Shown piece by piece: positions 43,682 through 54,703 of a DNA stretch of 64,000 bases. The position numbers and the translations under genes were made by a program. Under the pieces are notes generated by a model, which ran no database searches, was not told the DNA's origin, and was given only the letters and a program-made list of their open reading frames with translations. Positions within the stretch are counted from its first letter, which is position 1, and each line of letters opens with the position of its first letter. Source of the DNA: Trypanosoma brucei (taxonomy: Eukaryota); assembly GCA_000002445.1 (NCBI GenBank), contig CH464491.1, forward strand, positions 3,168,001 to 3,232,000. Reading direction: 5' to 3'.

Positions 43682-45583
43682 GTGGCAAGAGTATATAGGG
43701 GTAAGAGCAGAAATTTACCGATGCAGGAAGCACAGCAGACACAAAGCAAATCACTCTTCGAGGTTTTGGGTTTGAATTCATCAGAGCGAGATGAAAATCA
43801 TCTACTTGCCCGACGCGTAGTGGTGGTGGGGGATGCGCTCAGTGGCAAGCGAACGTTAGTGTCACGGCTTTTCGCTGCTGCAGTGCAGCAGTTTCCATCC
43901 TCATGCGTCTTACTGCTCTCACCAATCGCAGACGGCAGTGAGAACTTCTCACCGTATTCTCAGACAACAACAGACTTAAACGAGGGAACTCGTGGGAACC
44001 GTGATAGCTCATGCGGGATCTCTGTGAAGCCGAGTGGCATCGTTTCTCCATCGTGTCCTCCTTATGATGCGGCGGCTTCCTCACGATCCAAGGCTGAAAT
44101 TGATGGCAAGCGTGCCCCTCACTTCCCGCATGGTGTCGGCATTGCCCATAGTTTTATATTTCAGCGCCTACCGGCAGGCAGAGCTTCCCTTGTGGGATCC
44201 ATGGATGATTGTTCGAGCAATACCTCCGGGAACAGTGGTGGCCCTTCGATGTTTAGCGCTACCGGAAGTGCGGCACACAGCATATTAACGGAATACTTTT
44301 GTTGTGATGCACCTGGTGCTTTAGCCACAGCGCTTCCAACGGTCCTAACACTTGAGACCAGTGTTGTGCTTGTAGTCGTAGACGGAAGTTCGCCGTGGAC
44401 GCTACATGAACAAATACGACGGTGGTATGGGCATCTCAAAGGGCACGTGGCGCAACTGCTACGCGGTGAGCTTCCCAAGCAGGATGAAGTCAAACGTGTT
44501 AGAATGACAGAGCAGCAGAAGAACTTTTGGGCTACCCAAGAACAGGTGCTGGGCTTGCTGCGTAACGCATGGTGTGAGCGCGAGGGAGGAGTTGCGAAAG
44601 AGCTCGTGCCCCCGTCGAGTGTAGTCGGTGACGTTTGTCCGCTGCGGACCCTTATTGTTTGTAGCAAGACAGATGAGCTGGAAAAACTTTCACGGGAATT
44701 AGAAAAGAGCGTTCGTGTTAGCGGCGAAGCGGTGGGCGGTGATACGAGCCTTGACGCCGATACGCCGCTGCGCCGCACGGAAAATCAGACGTCATCACCA
44801 CAGACACAGGCACCTTGGGTTACTGAAAGCTTGCGTTCGGCGCTTTGCACAGGGGGTCTGACGTTGCTGCAGTTAGTTGGGCAACTCCTTCGGAAGGAAG
44901 CCATCGAACGGCGAAGTGGACTTGTGGGCACCGGAAGCAGCGTGAACACAACAACAACCGCGACATCGTCTTCTTCGGTTGAGCAACCGCAGCACTGCTG
45001 TAAACAAGAATTTCTACTACCGACATCGAAGGCCATTACAACTAAAGGCAGGGTTGAAGCCACAACTGGATTAAATGCAGATGGCAGTCCTTTGGCCGCA
45101 ACACTGGCTGGTAGCTACAGCACATTCGTCCATCCCTTCTACAAAAGCCTATGGTCTTTTCTCTTCCAAGTTCTCTACGAATTTCAAACGCTGCATAATC
45201 GAATCGGAAGTACCAGCGCACTTGATGCCCAGTCCAGGCGTGCATCGCAATTTACTGACTCCGATTGTAGTGACCGTGCAGTACGGAAACCATTAGTGTT
45301 GGCAGGGGACATTGACTGGCACATTTCCGCCCTCTTTCACCCATACACGTTTCTTCCACATGGTGTTGACCACGTTTCACTCCTCAACCCGTTGGTAGCT
45401 TCTACTGAAGCTATAAACCTTCAAAACATATTCGGTGAGCTGGGCGAAGAGGGCGTAGGGTGTTGTGGTGATATTACTGAGCGCAGAAGCTGTGATGAGT
45501 CAGTGCCACTGCGCGGTGATTACATGCGGAAGATTGAGACTCTTCTCGCAGCCAATACAGTCAGCACGGAGAGAACAGCTTAA
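43682..45583 (+). CDS. P-loop protein resembling dynein light intermediate chain (possibly IFT dynein-2 LIC), with S/T-rich insertions
   Basis: RRVVVVGDALSGKRTLVSRLF parallels the DLIC P-loop (FxxGxxxxGKTT). VLVVVDGSSPWTLHEQIRRW parallels the DLIC VLVLDLSKP..W switch-II-like block. LIVCSKTDELEKLSRELEK parallels the DLIC IIGSKYD block. The call is from motif memory and is not decisive. Confidence 0.45.
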   Translation: MARVYRGKSRNLPMQEAQQTQSKSLFEVLGLNSSERDENHLLARRVVVVGDALSGKRTLVSRLFAAAVQQFPSSCVLLLSPIADGSENFSPYSQTTTDLNEGTRGNRDSSCGISVKPSGIVSPSCPPYDAAASSRSKAEIDGKRAPHFPHGVGIAHSFIFQRLPAGRASLVGSMDDCSSNTSGNSGGPSMFSATGSAAHSILTEYFCCDAPGALATALPTVLTLETSVVLVVVDGSSPWTLHEQIRRWYGHLKGHVAQLLRGELPKQDEVKRVRMTEQQKNFWATQEQVLGLLRNAWCEREGGVAKELVPPSSVVGDVCPLRTLIVCSKTDELEKLSRELEKSVRVSGEAVGGDTSLDADTPLRRTENQTSSPQTQAPWVTESLRSALCTGGLTLLQLVGQLLRKEAIERRSGLVGTGSSVNTTTTATSSSSVEQPQHCCKQEFLLPTSKAITTKGRVEATTGLNADGSPLAATLAGSYSTFVHPFYKSLWSFLFQVLYEFQTLHNRIGSTSALDAQSRRASQFTDSDCSDRAVRKPLVLAGDIDWHISALFHPYTFLPHGVDHVSLLNPLVASTEAINLQNIFGELGEEGVGCCGDITERRSCDESVPLRGDYMRKIETLLAANTVSTERTA

Positions 45584-46148
45584 GATTTTCCCTCTAGAAA
45601 CAATGCTCTAGGTAAGCGAAGCGCATCTTCAAATAACTCCACAAAAAAACAAAAAATCGAAAGGGTGGTGTCGTTCTCTACATGATGTTGTTGTCAATAC
45701 ACTTATAACTTGTTTTCATTGTATATATATATATATATGTACATATATTGTTTTTCTTTTCGTGGCGTACAGGCGGGAGAAGAGGCCTTGGAGAATGTTT
45801 CCTATGACAGTGTTTACTCTTTGCACATTAAAAACGGCCTACTAACGCCTCCCTTTTTTAATTATTTGTTCTTCATAAAGGCAAATATCCTCTGGTTGTG
45901 TGACACTGAATTGGCGCACATAGCCCCCGAAACTAGAAAGGTTAACAGGGGTGGCGCCGTACGTCGTCGCTTCATTTCCCCCTGCAGCACCGGTTGCTGT
46001 GGGTTCTGAGGCTTTTTTTTTTTTTTGAGCCCAGCTGCTGAGGGGAAAGTCGGGCTGGCCGAACCCCGACAGAGACCAAATACGAAAAGGGTGGCTGTGC
46101 ACCAACAAGTGGAGTAAGTCTAAAGAAGTGCGTAGATCGTTATTGTAG

Positions 46149-47624
46149 ATGGGGTGTTTATCTTTTGGAAGCATTAGCGAGGTGGTGGGGTGGAGCTTCT
46201 TCGATATTCAACTCGCTAACGCATTGATTGGGATTGGCACAAGCGTAGCAGTACCCATTGTCACGATGGTTGGGCGGGAAATTGGTTATGAGCAGGGGAA
46301 AATAGCAAGTTATGTTTCACTCATTAACGCTTTCCACGTGATTGCTGATATTCCCTCGAGTTTGGTGGCGGATTGCGTCGACCTGCGGCGCCTCATGTCG
46401 TTTTCCGTATTTGCCCAGGCGGCTGGTTGTATGCCGGTTGTTCTGCTTGGGTGCACTAGTACGTCACTGGCCGCATTTTGCGTAATTAATGGCTTTTCGA
46501 CAGGTGCTTTCTTCCTTGCACGACACATTTATGTTGCAAGGAGGTTAAATCCTGATCACTGTGGAATGGTCATGGCATTTCTTTCTGGTCTTTTGCGGCT
46601 GGCGCACATGCTAGGGCCCATATTTTTAGGTGTAATTGCCTCACTGTGGGGTGATACTCGGTACTTTTTTTTCGTCCCAATGGGGGCGTCCCTACTGGCG
46701 TGGTGTTGCATCCAGTTTTCTCCCTACTGTTTACGTGTCGGTAGGAACGCGCCCCAAGGCCGCGCAGACGCTACCACTGCAACCCAGCTGGAAGAGGCAA
46801 AAAAACTCGACGAAGGTTCTGTTGGGGGAGAAACAGTTCCGATCCTTCCAGGGGATTCGTTGATCAAGGGGCCAGTTCTGGAAGAGGGGCTCACAAGGCG
46901 TGTCGTGTCGTATGGTGCTGTCAATACTTTGAACACCGACAACGCGCATAGTAACGTTGAGAGTGTGGTTTCAGAGGTTGGAATCGCCTGCTCTCATGAG
47001 TGTTGCAGTCTACAAATTGAAGGCAGTAAGGGTGGCACCGCTCCCGCTACATACTGTTCTGTCATTATGGATCAGTGGAATGTCATATGGCGGCTGGGCA
47101 TTTACGTCATTCTGTTCGTGGCACTACGCGCGAATCGAAAGCTGTTACTAACGTTTGCTGCCATGAGAATGGGCTTCACTGACGTTCAGCTGTCTTTTTT
47201 GCTCTCGCTGAGTTTTTCCTTTGATGCCTTCCTCTTCCCTTTGGGCGGTATTCTTCTTGACAACTGCAGTCGCCGTTTCGCGCGCCTGCCTGCCGTTCTG
47301 GGTCTTGGCATTGCTTTCTTACTTCTGCCATTACAACACTCCGGTCAGTGGCTCTACGTTATGGCGGCAGTGTTTGGTGTAGTGGATGCATTGGGTTGTG
47401 GACTCATCATGACACTTGTGGCAGATTACAGGCATCAGTATTTCGGTGGATTGTTCTTTGGTATCATGCGGACGGTGCAGGACATGGGTCATGTGATAAG
47501 CTCGGCAGCCGTGTCTCTCATGATTCACCGTTTCGACTTTGCAATTTGCAGCAATTTTTGGGGCGTGTTGGGCATTTTTGCGGCGGTTTGGGGCTGGTAC
47601 GGAGTCCCAAATCCCACTCGCTGA
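46149..47624 (+). CDS. Major facilitator superfamily-like transporter (about 12 TM, 6+6 with central hydrophilic loop)
   Basis: Six hydrophobic helices in the first 200 aa, a roughly 120 aa polar loop (aa 200-320), then six more helices. MFS-like G-rich helix packing motifs. No substrate assignment possible. Confidence 0.6.
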   Translation: MGCLSFGSISEVVGWSFFDIQLANALIGIGTSVAVPIVTMVGREIGYEQGKIASYVSLINAFHVIADIPSSLVADCVDLRRLMSFSVFAQAAGCMPVVLLGCTSTSLAAFCVINGFSTGAFFLARHIYVARRLNPDHCGMVMAFLSGLLRLAHMLGPIFLGVIASLWGDTRYFFFVPMGASLLAWCCIQFSPYCLRVGRNAPQGRADATTATQLEEAKKLDEGSVGGETVPILPGDSLIKGPVLEEGLTRRVVSYGAVNTLNTDNAHSNVESVVSEVGIACSHECCSLQIEGSKGGTAPATYCSVIMDQWNVIWRLGIYVILFVALRANRKLLLTFAAMRMGFTDVQLSFLLSLSFSFDAFLFPLGGILLDNCSRRFARLPAVLGLGIAFLLLPLQHSGQWLYVMAAVFGVVDALGCGLIMTLVADYRHQYFGGLFFGIMRTVQDMGHVISSAAVSLMIHRFDFAICSNFWGVLGIFAAVWGWYGVPNPTR

Positions 47625-49143
47625 AGAAGGGGGTGCGTGTGGAGGAGGGCGGCACACCACACGCGCAAAAAAAAAAATGCGTTTAATCGGTACTAGTAGA
47701 GAAACACCTGCATGAAAGTGCCTGATGATGTCAAGAGTCCTTAACTCTAGGGAGCGAAGGTAAGATGCGCAATTATCGAATTCAAAAGCATTTCGTGCTC
47801 AGGGTTGTAATGCCAAGCGTGGTAACCATGTTCACGTGTGTGCGCGTGTGTTGGAAGCGGGAGACGGAGGAAAAGCAGGGGAGGGGGGTCGACTGTTTTT
47901 GTAATTGTTTTTTTCCCTTTTTTTTTTCCTTCGTGGGAAAGAGGCTGCACCACACGGCAGTGTCAACAACCACTAACTGACAACTTCTTGTGTAACACAA
48001 ACAGTTAACGAATAATGAAAATAAATGTGGAGCGGGAAGGGTCAGGCACATTACATTTCTGTGTAGATCAGGCACTGTGTGGGAGCACAAGCGGCAGTGT
48101 ATTAGTTGTAAAGTCAATACATATAGCACACATGCACACCCGTGGCATTGTCATCTTTCTTCACCGCGGTTTATATTTTCGCTTGTGTTTCCCCACCTTT
48201 CTCTTCCTTCTTCTTCCTTTTTCTTTTCTCCGATATGTGTATAATGGAGAGGAGTGACAAAAATAGAAGCGGCAGTGCTGGAAAGGTAGCGGATGGAGTA
48301 ACAGAGTCGTTGGAGGCGCACGACACCCTCCGTTTCCCTGGTGCCAGTTCCGTTGACTTCCGTCTTTTTTCACTCGCTTACAGGGTTTTTTTTAAACACC
48401 TTTGTTCACGCACGTTTAGTGATGTTTGTGCTAATTGTTCACCTTTCCGCCATTAGGCACGTTTCTGCTGTTTTGACTGTGTATGTGAGTCTGTAGCGCA
48501 GTGTGGAGGGCGATGAAGCTTGTGACCTTCCTTGTTGGTTTTCTTTGTTGTACTTTTTTTATTTTTTCCAAAGAGTAGGAAAAAGGTGTGTAATTCTGGT
48601 AATGATCAAAACGATAATATCTATTCCCTCCTCAACGACATCGGCATTAGCGGAGAGTGCTAATTGTGTTCCTTTGCTCAAGCGCTTCAGGTGGGCGGAA
48701 TAAAGCAAAAGCAAAACGAAAGGAAAGCGAAATGTTCTGTAGTTGTATCCAGCAGTCCCAGATAATCGAGATCTGATAAGTGCAAACATACATTTGAATT
48801 TAAAGGCAGCAGAAACACTCTTTACGAATCGCGGCTGCTACAAGTGATCGGCTGTTCGAGCATATGGAGTCGTGATGCGGCCTCTGACATTTGTTACGAT
48901 TGACATATAAAGATGTTCTTGTATTTGTTAACCCTCACCAACTTTTGGTTACGGTAATTACAGAGGCGTTTTGCGCTCGATGCTAACCACCTCCGCTGCT
49001 GGTATCTCCATTTTTATCATTTTCCCCTTGTGGTACGTTTTTGTTGCGCCGTAAGTTTGCATATTGGGATCTCTGACCCCATCAAATATACCTCAAAGAA
49101 AAAAAAAGGAGAACAAGCGTTGAAAAGGCGCACCTGGAAAGTC

Positions 49144-50754
49144 ATGAATGCCAAATCTTCTTGTCTCGTGGGAACAACCAACAGAAGTAACTTTGAATTT
49201 GTCTGCCCTGAAGAGAATGTGGATGTCACGCAACTGGGGAATCCTACGAACGGAACTTTAGCTCCGGCGAACAATGGCAACGTAAGTTCGGAAGCGGAAG
49301 CGAATGTAGGTATGATTGAAAATGATTTACCTACGTCTTGGGTGGTGCTTAGTCGTTCATGTCGAATTGCTGATGGGTCTCCGCATACACCCCAAGAGGG
49401 GAGCAGACCTGATCACCAGGAAGACGAAAAGGGGGAATCCACACAGCAGGAGATGGAGCAGCATGCGGAAATACAAGAGTGCTCCATGCGCAGCTCATTA
49501 GAGCATCGCACAACCACTCTGACCTCGTCCTGGTTCGGGACGTGTAACAGCAGTCTCCACGCGGATATCGAGAGGTCGGAGGTGGGACCCACCACGCCGT
49601 TCAACCCATCATGGCACTCTACCTGCACAGAAAATAATACAGTGGAAGCCAGCGACAATAGTCAGCCCGCTGATGCCACTTTGTCTTCAATTGAAGACCT
49701 GCGTCGCTCAAACGACATCTTACGTGCGCTGTTAGCTCAGTCAGACAAGGTCGTTGCTCAAAGTTTGCTCGGAAAGGAAGCCGCTGCACGGGAGTTGGGG
49801 GATATGCGGAGCACCCTGTCGGCGCTGTTGGCCAATACGGAAAGCCGCAGTAATATCTTCCGTGGACCTCGTAGTCGTCGGCTCCATCAGCCTGCGGTAC
49901 CGGAACAGTCAGAACCACCCAATGAAAATCAACCGTTTCATTTGTTTGGTTGGCTTCAACAGTTCCTCTTCGGGGACTCTGAAAGGGAGTCACAAGACTC
50001 AGGCTCATCGCAACGTGAACAGGAGGATCACACGCACACTGACGAGCATTTCGATATATTAGATTCCCCGCTACCACTCAGAGGGGGGTTCAGCTGGAGG
50101 AGCCATTTCGATACCGCCAGAAGGTGTGCCCAACGTGGTAGGAATCAAGAGGCGTTTGCGTCACTTCTTCTTGGTATCACATCAGAGGACTTCTGCGAAT
50201 GGAACCTTCTCCTAGAGGAGAATGAAAAGTGTAATTTCCTCTCTGGTCCTCATCGCCTGCGTTGGGATTGTATTATTGCGGACAAGCTTTGCGAGTTTCT
50301 CTGGAGTGATAAGGTTGTGGAAGTCAACGGTACGCTGCCACATGAAGAACCTGTTACCCCAAACCCTGAAAGGCCTAATCCGGTTGCCATTGCAGATTTT
50401 GTTTTGGGTACGATTGCACGCCATTTTGGAAATGGCAGAACGGATGGGCAAATGAGCCAAGAGATGCCAAGTGCAGGAGCGGATGGTGGCAGTGATTCCG
50501 AAGACCGAACGCGCAACTCTCTCGGGACTCAGCAGCCATCGCCACCATCGCCCGGCCCCCCATTTAGGACGCTGGAAAACATTCTGTCCATCGCTACATC
50601 CATTTTCCCTTCTGATGTTTCGCTGCTCTATGCGCAGGCCTCCTTGTGTGCAGTGTTGGGGCGACAGGAAGATTCTATTCGGTTGTTAAACGAGGTTATC
50701 GTCCGTGAGCCAGGGTGTTTGCTGCGCTACGGAGGTTGTGGGGTAAAGCAGTGA
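49144..50754 (+). CDS. Hypothetical acidic S/E-rich protein. ATG 49144 is preferred; the ORF-track start 49030 adds a leader-like extension.
   Basis: Intact ORF with coding-like composition. No recognisable domain. Confidence 0.45.
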   Translation: MNAKSSCLVGTTNRSNFEFVCPEENVDVTQLGNPTNGTLAPANNGNVSSEAEANVGMIENDLPTSWVVLSRSCRIADGSPHTPQEGSRPDHQEDEKGESTQQEMEQHAEIQECSMRSSLEHRTTTLTSSWFGTCNSSLHADIERSEVGPTTPFNPSWHSTCTENNTVEASDNSQPADATLSSIEDLRRSNDILRALLAQSDKVVAQSLLGKEAAARELGDMRSTLSALLANTESRSNIFRGPRSRRLHQPAVPEQSEPPNENQPFHLFGWLQQFLFGDSERESQDSGSSQREQEDHTHTDEHFDILDSPLPLRGGFSWRSHFDTARRCAQRGRNQEAFASLLLGITSEDFCEWNLLLEENEKCNFLSGPHRLRWDCIIADKLCEFLWSDKVVEVNGTLPHEEPVTPNPERPNPVAIADFVLGTIARHFGNGRTDGQMSQEMPSAGADGGSDSEDRTRNSLGTQQPSPPSPGPPFRTLENILSIATSIFPSDVSLLYAQASLCAVLGRQEDSIRLLNEVIVREPGCLLRYGGCGVKQ

Positions 50755-51484
50755 AAAAAATATATGACGCTTTCGCCTATTTTGTTCATGGGCCGCGGTG
50801 ACACACCCACCTTTCCCTCTCTTTTGCTTCTTTATCGCTTCATTCTCGTCTTCCGCTGACAGTTTGCTTGTGGTGAAGATCCGGTAGTATCTTCAGAAAT
50901 GAGGAACACAAAACGGATGTATATTTTTTAAGAGTTAGTTTTATCACAGCAGAGCACTTGAGCGCACTGCCATGAGAGTGCATGGTAAGTAAATGGAGTA
51001 GTCTTTCAGTTGGTAGGTTAGGATTTTTTTACATTCTTTTTTGTTTTACTGTAACCCCTTTCTCATCCACCTGAGTGTTACTTTGTAGTGTTGTCAGTAG
51101 TATCATTATCATTATTTTCCGAGTATTACTTTCACGTGTTAGCGATTAACGCTAGATAAGCACGATTCCTCAGGTCCTGCAGCTACCATTGGGTGAGATG
51201 ACGTCAAAGGTCGAGAAATAAAAGAGGAAGGAAAGCCAATTCTCCCTCTTTTTCTGATTCCGAAGCTGGTGCTAACAACTCTTATGTTTTTGGCCGCTTA
51301 GCAGCGTACCGAACTATTTAGTATCTCGGCTTATGTCCCCTCCATCTGCGTGCCTTTGCTCGTGCTTTGTTTAGAACATTGTTACTATTCGTTGCTCCTG
51401 ACCAATCCCCTCTTTTTTGCTACTTCCTCCCTTTTCAAAACCTTCTTTGTTGCATGTCGGTTGGTTAAAAGGTACCACCACAGA

Positions 51485-52996
51485 ATGATTGAACTCCTCC
51501 TTGAGGTTGCTCTCAGCATTATTATCTGCGTAGTGGCCGCGTACTTCTTCTTTCTTAGCAGCCCCGTCGAGGAGTACGGCGTCGGTGAAGGGAGCAGATC
51601 ATACGAGCATGGTAGCAATATCAGTAACAGCAGAGGTGGCTACAGCAAATCTTCTGACAACCGGCATCTGTCTCCATATAGTCGCCGGAATGCATCATCA
51701 CTTGAACGCAGCAAGAAGTGTGAACCAGCCATGTGGTGTAATGTGGTGGGTCGCCTAGTTTCCCTTCTTGTTTTGGGCGGCGGCTCAGTGGATGGCAACG
51801 TATGGGTGGATCGCATTGCGTACTTCATTGGAAAGGGCGTCAAAAGTGTTGACGAGGCGTTCGATGAGGGGCGTAAAACTCGGGGTGCGCATGGAATTAC
51901 CACGCAGACACTGCGGGTGAAAGCAGATATGCTGCGATTGTTGCGAATGGAACTAAGCAGCGGCGGGACGTTGAGCACCGCGGGTGGTGCGCATCACCAA
52001 CAACAACAATCGCACAGCACCTCCCCGCAGGTTGGTGGTATGTTCCATACGAGGACAAGCAGTGAGCACGCCCGTGGGGTGGGTATTTTTGGTGAACCAC
52101 CAGAAGGTGGGGCCGCCGGCGGCACCGTCGCAACTGGAGTGGGATGCAACAACGGCCCCGCGCCTGCAAACTCTCCGCTCGTTGGTGTGGTGCTACCGCG
52201 GGTTGGTCCTGGTGGAATTACATCGGTCGAGGTGCCGCTCAGTGCTGTAACCCAAGAGCTGGGTTTTGACGACTGTGGCACCCACGTAGCGGAGTCTGGA
52301 AGGCCGAGCATGCTCCGATGTTTCGCTGTCCCTATTACATACGAAGATCATCGCTTTCTTTTACACGTTGTGTGTAACCTGCCTCTACTCGCTGCACTCC
52401 CACAGTCACTGAGCATTCCATCAGATGTCCTGACGCTGCGGTGTGGTCTCTCTGTAAAGCGAGTCGTATTTCACGGTGTACTCTACGCCGCTTTCTGTGG
52501 TAATAGCATCGAATTGAGTTTTTCGAGCGAACCTCAGTTCACTGCTTTGTTTGATGTTGCCCCTCCAAGGCGCCAGGATCATCACGATCGCTACTATCAG
52601 CAGCAAAATCAGCCGCACTCACACTTATTACCAACCGAATGCAACAGCGCGCGTGGTCCAGCGGCAAGCGTCAGCAACGCATCTTCCCTTCCGCTGCCTC
52701 CGTCCACACTTGCTGCTCATAACTCTTCCCAGCGCTACGGTAGTAATGTGAACCAAGGTGTTTCTAACGAGGGTCACCGGACAAGAGAGAAATTGCAAGA
52801 AATCGTCGACGCTGCCGTAAGGAGGGCAATTCAGTCCATCACGTACCCCTGTGTTTTACGGGGTCACTTGAATAAAGGGACGATGTCAAAGGCGCAGAGT
52901 GTCGGTGGGGGTGAGACTGAGCAGTTGTTTGGGGTGCCTAACACTGGCTTATTGACGTGGACACTGGAGAGGGCATCTCTGCCTCTCTGTTGCTAA
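51485..52996 (+). CDS. Hypothetical protein with N-terminal signal-anchor/TM segment. ATG 51485 is preferred over 51350.
   Basis: MIELLLEVALSIIICVVAAYFFFLS hydrophobic start. Q/S/G-rich middle section. No family assignable. Confidence 0.45.
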   Translation: MIELLLEVALSIIICVVAAYFFFLSSPVEEYGVGEGSRSYEHGSNISNSRGGYSKSSDNRHLSPYSRRNASSLERSKKCEPAMWCNVVGRLVSLLVLGGGSVDGNVWVDRIAYFIGKGVKSVDEAFDEGRKTRGAHGITTQTLRVKADMLRLLRMELSSGGTLSTAGGAHHQQQQSHSTSPQVGGMFHTRTSSEHARGVGIFGEPPEGGAAGGTVATGVGCNNGPAPANSPLVGVVLPRVGPGGITSVEVPLSAVTQELGFDDCGTHVAESGRPSMLRCFAVPITYEDHRFLLHVVCNLPLLAALPQSLSIPSDVLTLRCGLSVKRVVFHGVLYAAFCGNSIELSFSSEPQFTALFDVAPPRRQDHHDRYYQQQNQPHSHLLPTECNSARGPAASVSNASSLPLPPSTLAAHNSSQRYGSNVNQGVSNEGHRTREKLQEIVDAAVRRAIQSITYPCVLRGHLNKGTMSKAQSVGGGETEQLFGVPNTGLLTWTLERASLPLCC

Positions 52997-53447
52997 TGGA
53001 GTGCGTGATGTTTGCACAAAAAAAGAAAAAAAACTTCTCGGTTCAAGCCAGTTTCGATCCAACAAAAAGGAAAAAAAAAGAAAGATCCCAATGAGGTTTA
53101 TTGTGAGGAACGCATTGCGCCCTCTATTTAGCGAAATTTGCTTGTGCCATCAAGTACCGTCCTGACGGCTGTGGTGCATCAAGAGCAACTGTGATTGTCC
53201 CTGCATCCCCATATTCGCTGTGTACACGATCTTACCAACGTCGGTGTGTATTCTGTGTGTGCCTTTGCCCACCGGCGCGTGAACGTGCGTGTGCTGACGT
53301 TACTGCTGTAGTTCCCCTTTGTATCCTCCAGGGAGTCAAACCTTTTTGTTTTTCTACCTTCTTCTATTTCTTTCTGCTGTGCTCCTTTTGTGTTGTAAAT
53401 CTTGTACTTTACCCTTGACTAGTCCCCATCGGTATCGCTGCGCGAAC

Positions 53448-54029
53448 ATGACATTTGTGTTCGAGGCTAGAAGGCTGCCTTTTGGCACGTTTCCAGTAGC
53501 CCAAATTCTCTCTGAGTGCAATGGAAACCCGAATCACAGCGATGGCTGTCCAAGTTTCAACGACGAAGCGCTAGAAGGTCTTCCTGCGTGGAAGCGACGA
53601 CTTATCCCTCCAGTTATCGATGTGGTGAGGAAGCATTACGGGAAAGACGGTGGAAATGATGAGGCATCTTCCCTGTCATGTTGGTCGGCGGTGTTGAGCA
53701 TTGTAGATGAGCTGCAGGAGTTGGAGGCGGCTTACGCACGAATGATCGAATACCGTGAGCGGCAGCGGAGGGGGGAAAAAACAGCTGAAGAGTGTATGCT
53801 CGAGGAGTTGCTGCGTGAACGCATTGGAGATGATTTCATGCGTGGAAGGCATACCAGGGGCGGGAGTAAAGGAGGTGACGGGTGTGAGTCTTCATCAGGT
53901 AGCGATGAAGATGTCTATGAGGACGCAGATATTGCTATGTGCTTCAACACCGACGGCACTGTTGTGGGTATTGGCTCTGCCGGGCTGTTTGGGGGCCACG
54001 GCTACCACCTTCATCCTTCAGGTCAATAA
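53448..54029 (+). CDS. Hypothetical small acidic protein (about 193 aa). ATG 53448 is preferred over 53319, whose extension translates a pyrimidine tract.
   Basis: Intact ORF on the + strand. Region upstream of 53448 in frame is a poly-F/L/Y translation of tttttctaccttcttctatttctttctgctg. Confidence 0.35.
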   Translation: MTFVFEARRLPFGTFPVAQILSECNGNPNHSDGCPSFNDEALEGLPAWKRRLIPPVIDVVRKHYGKDGGNDEASSLSCWSAVLSIVDELQELEAAYARMIEYRERQRRGEKTAEECMLEELLRERIGDDFMRGRHTRGGSKGGDGCESSSGSDEDVYEDADIAMCFNTDGTVVGIGSAGLFGGHGYHLHPSGQ

Positions 54030-54703
54030 CCAGAAATTCCTTCACAAAACCCCATTGGTGCAGAGAAGGGTAAAAGGAGTGGGAAAGAGGAGGAAAGGAA
54101 GACGGTGAGGAGGGCTAACGACCTGGTTAATCCTTTTGTCTTACAACCCTCAATTTCCACAAGTGCACCAATAACCTATTTGGTTTGCCTACATCTTCTT
54201 CTCTCCGCTGCTGTTCTTATGAACCACGCAACTTGTCACTACATTTTTCAACTGTCCCTCATTGTTAGTGAAGAACGCAAGGAGCTTGACGAGTGTACAT
54301 ATACACTTTTGGAGGTATATATATATATATATATACACAATTATTTGTGTCTGTGTGAATATAGTCGCGTTAGTTCGTCAAGCGAAGATTTGGTGAGAAT
54401 CCTTGCTAGCGCTTCTTGAACTCTGCTCGTCGCACGTGGGTTGGAGGACGATACTGCCCGACAGACGAAACGGCAACGAGGGCAGTGAACAAATATATAC
54501 ATATAGTGGCAGCGGTTACTGCACAGAAAGAAACGAAATTAATAGGTAAGAGAAGAAGCGTTATTAAGAGGGAAACTAAAGTGAGAAACGAAACTTGTAC
54601 TCTGAAAATATAGTAAGGCACCACTTGAGGGAAGGAGGTGGAAGACCTGCAGCGGTTAGCATATTTTGATTCTTAATTTCACTGTCACGAGACGATTTGT
54701 TCC

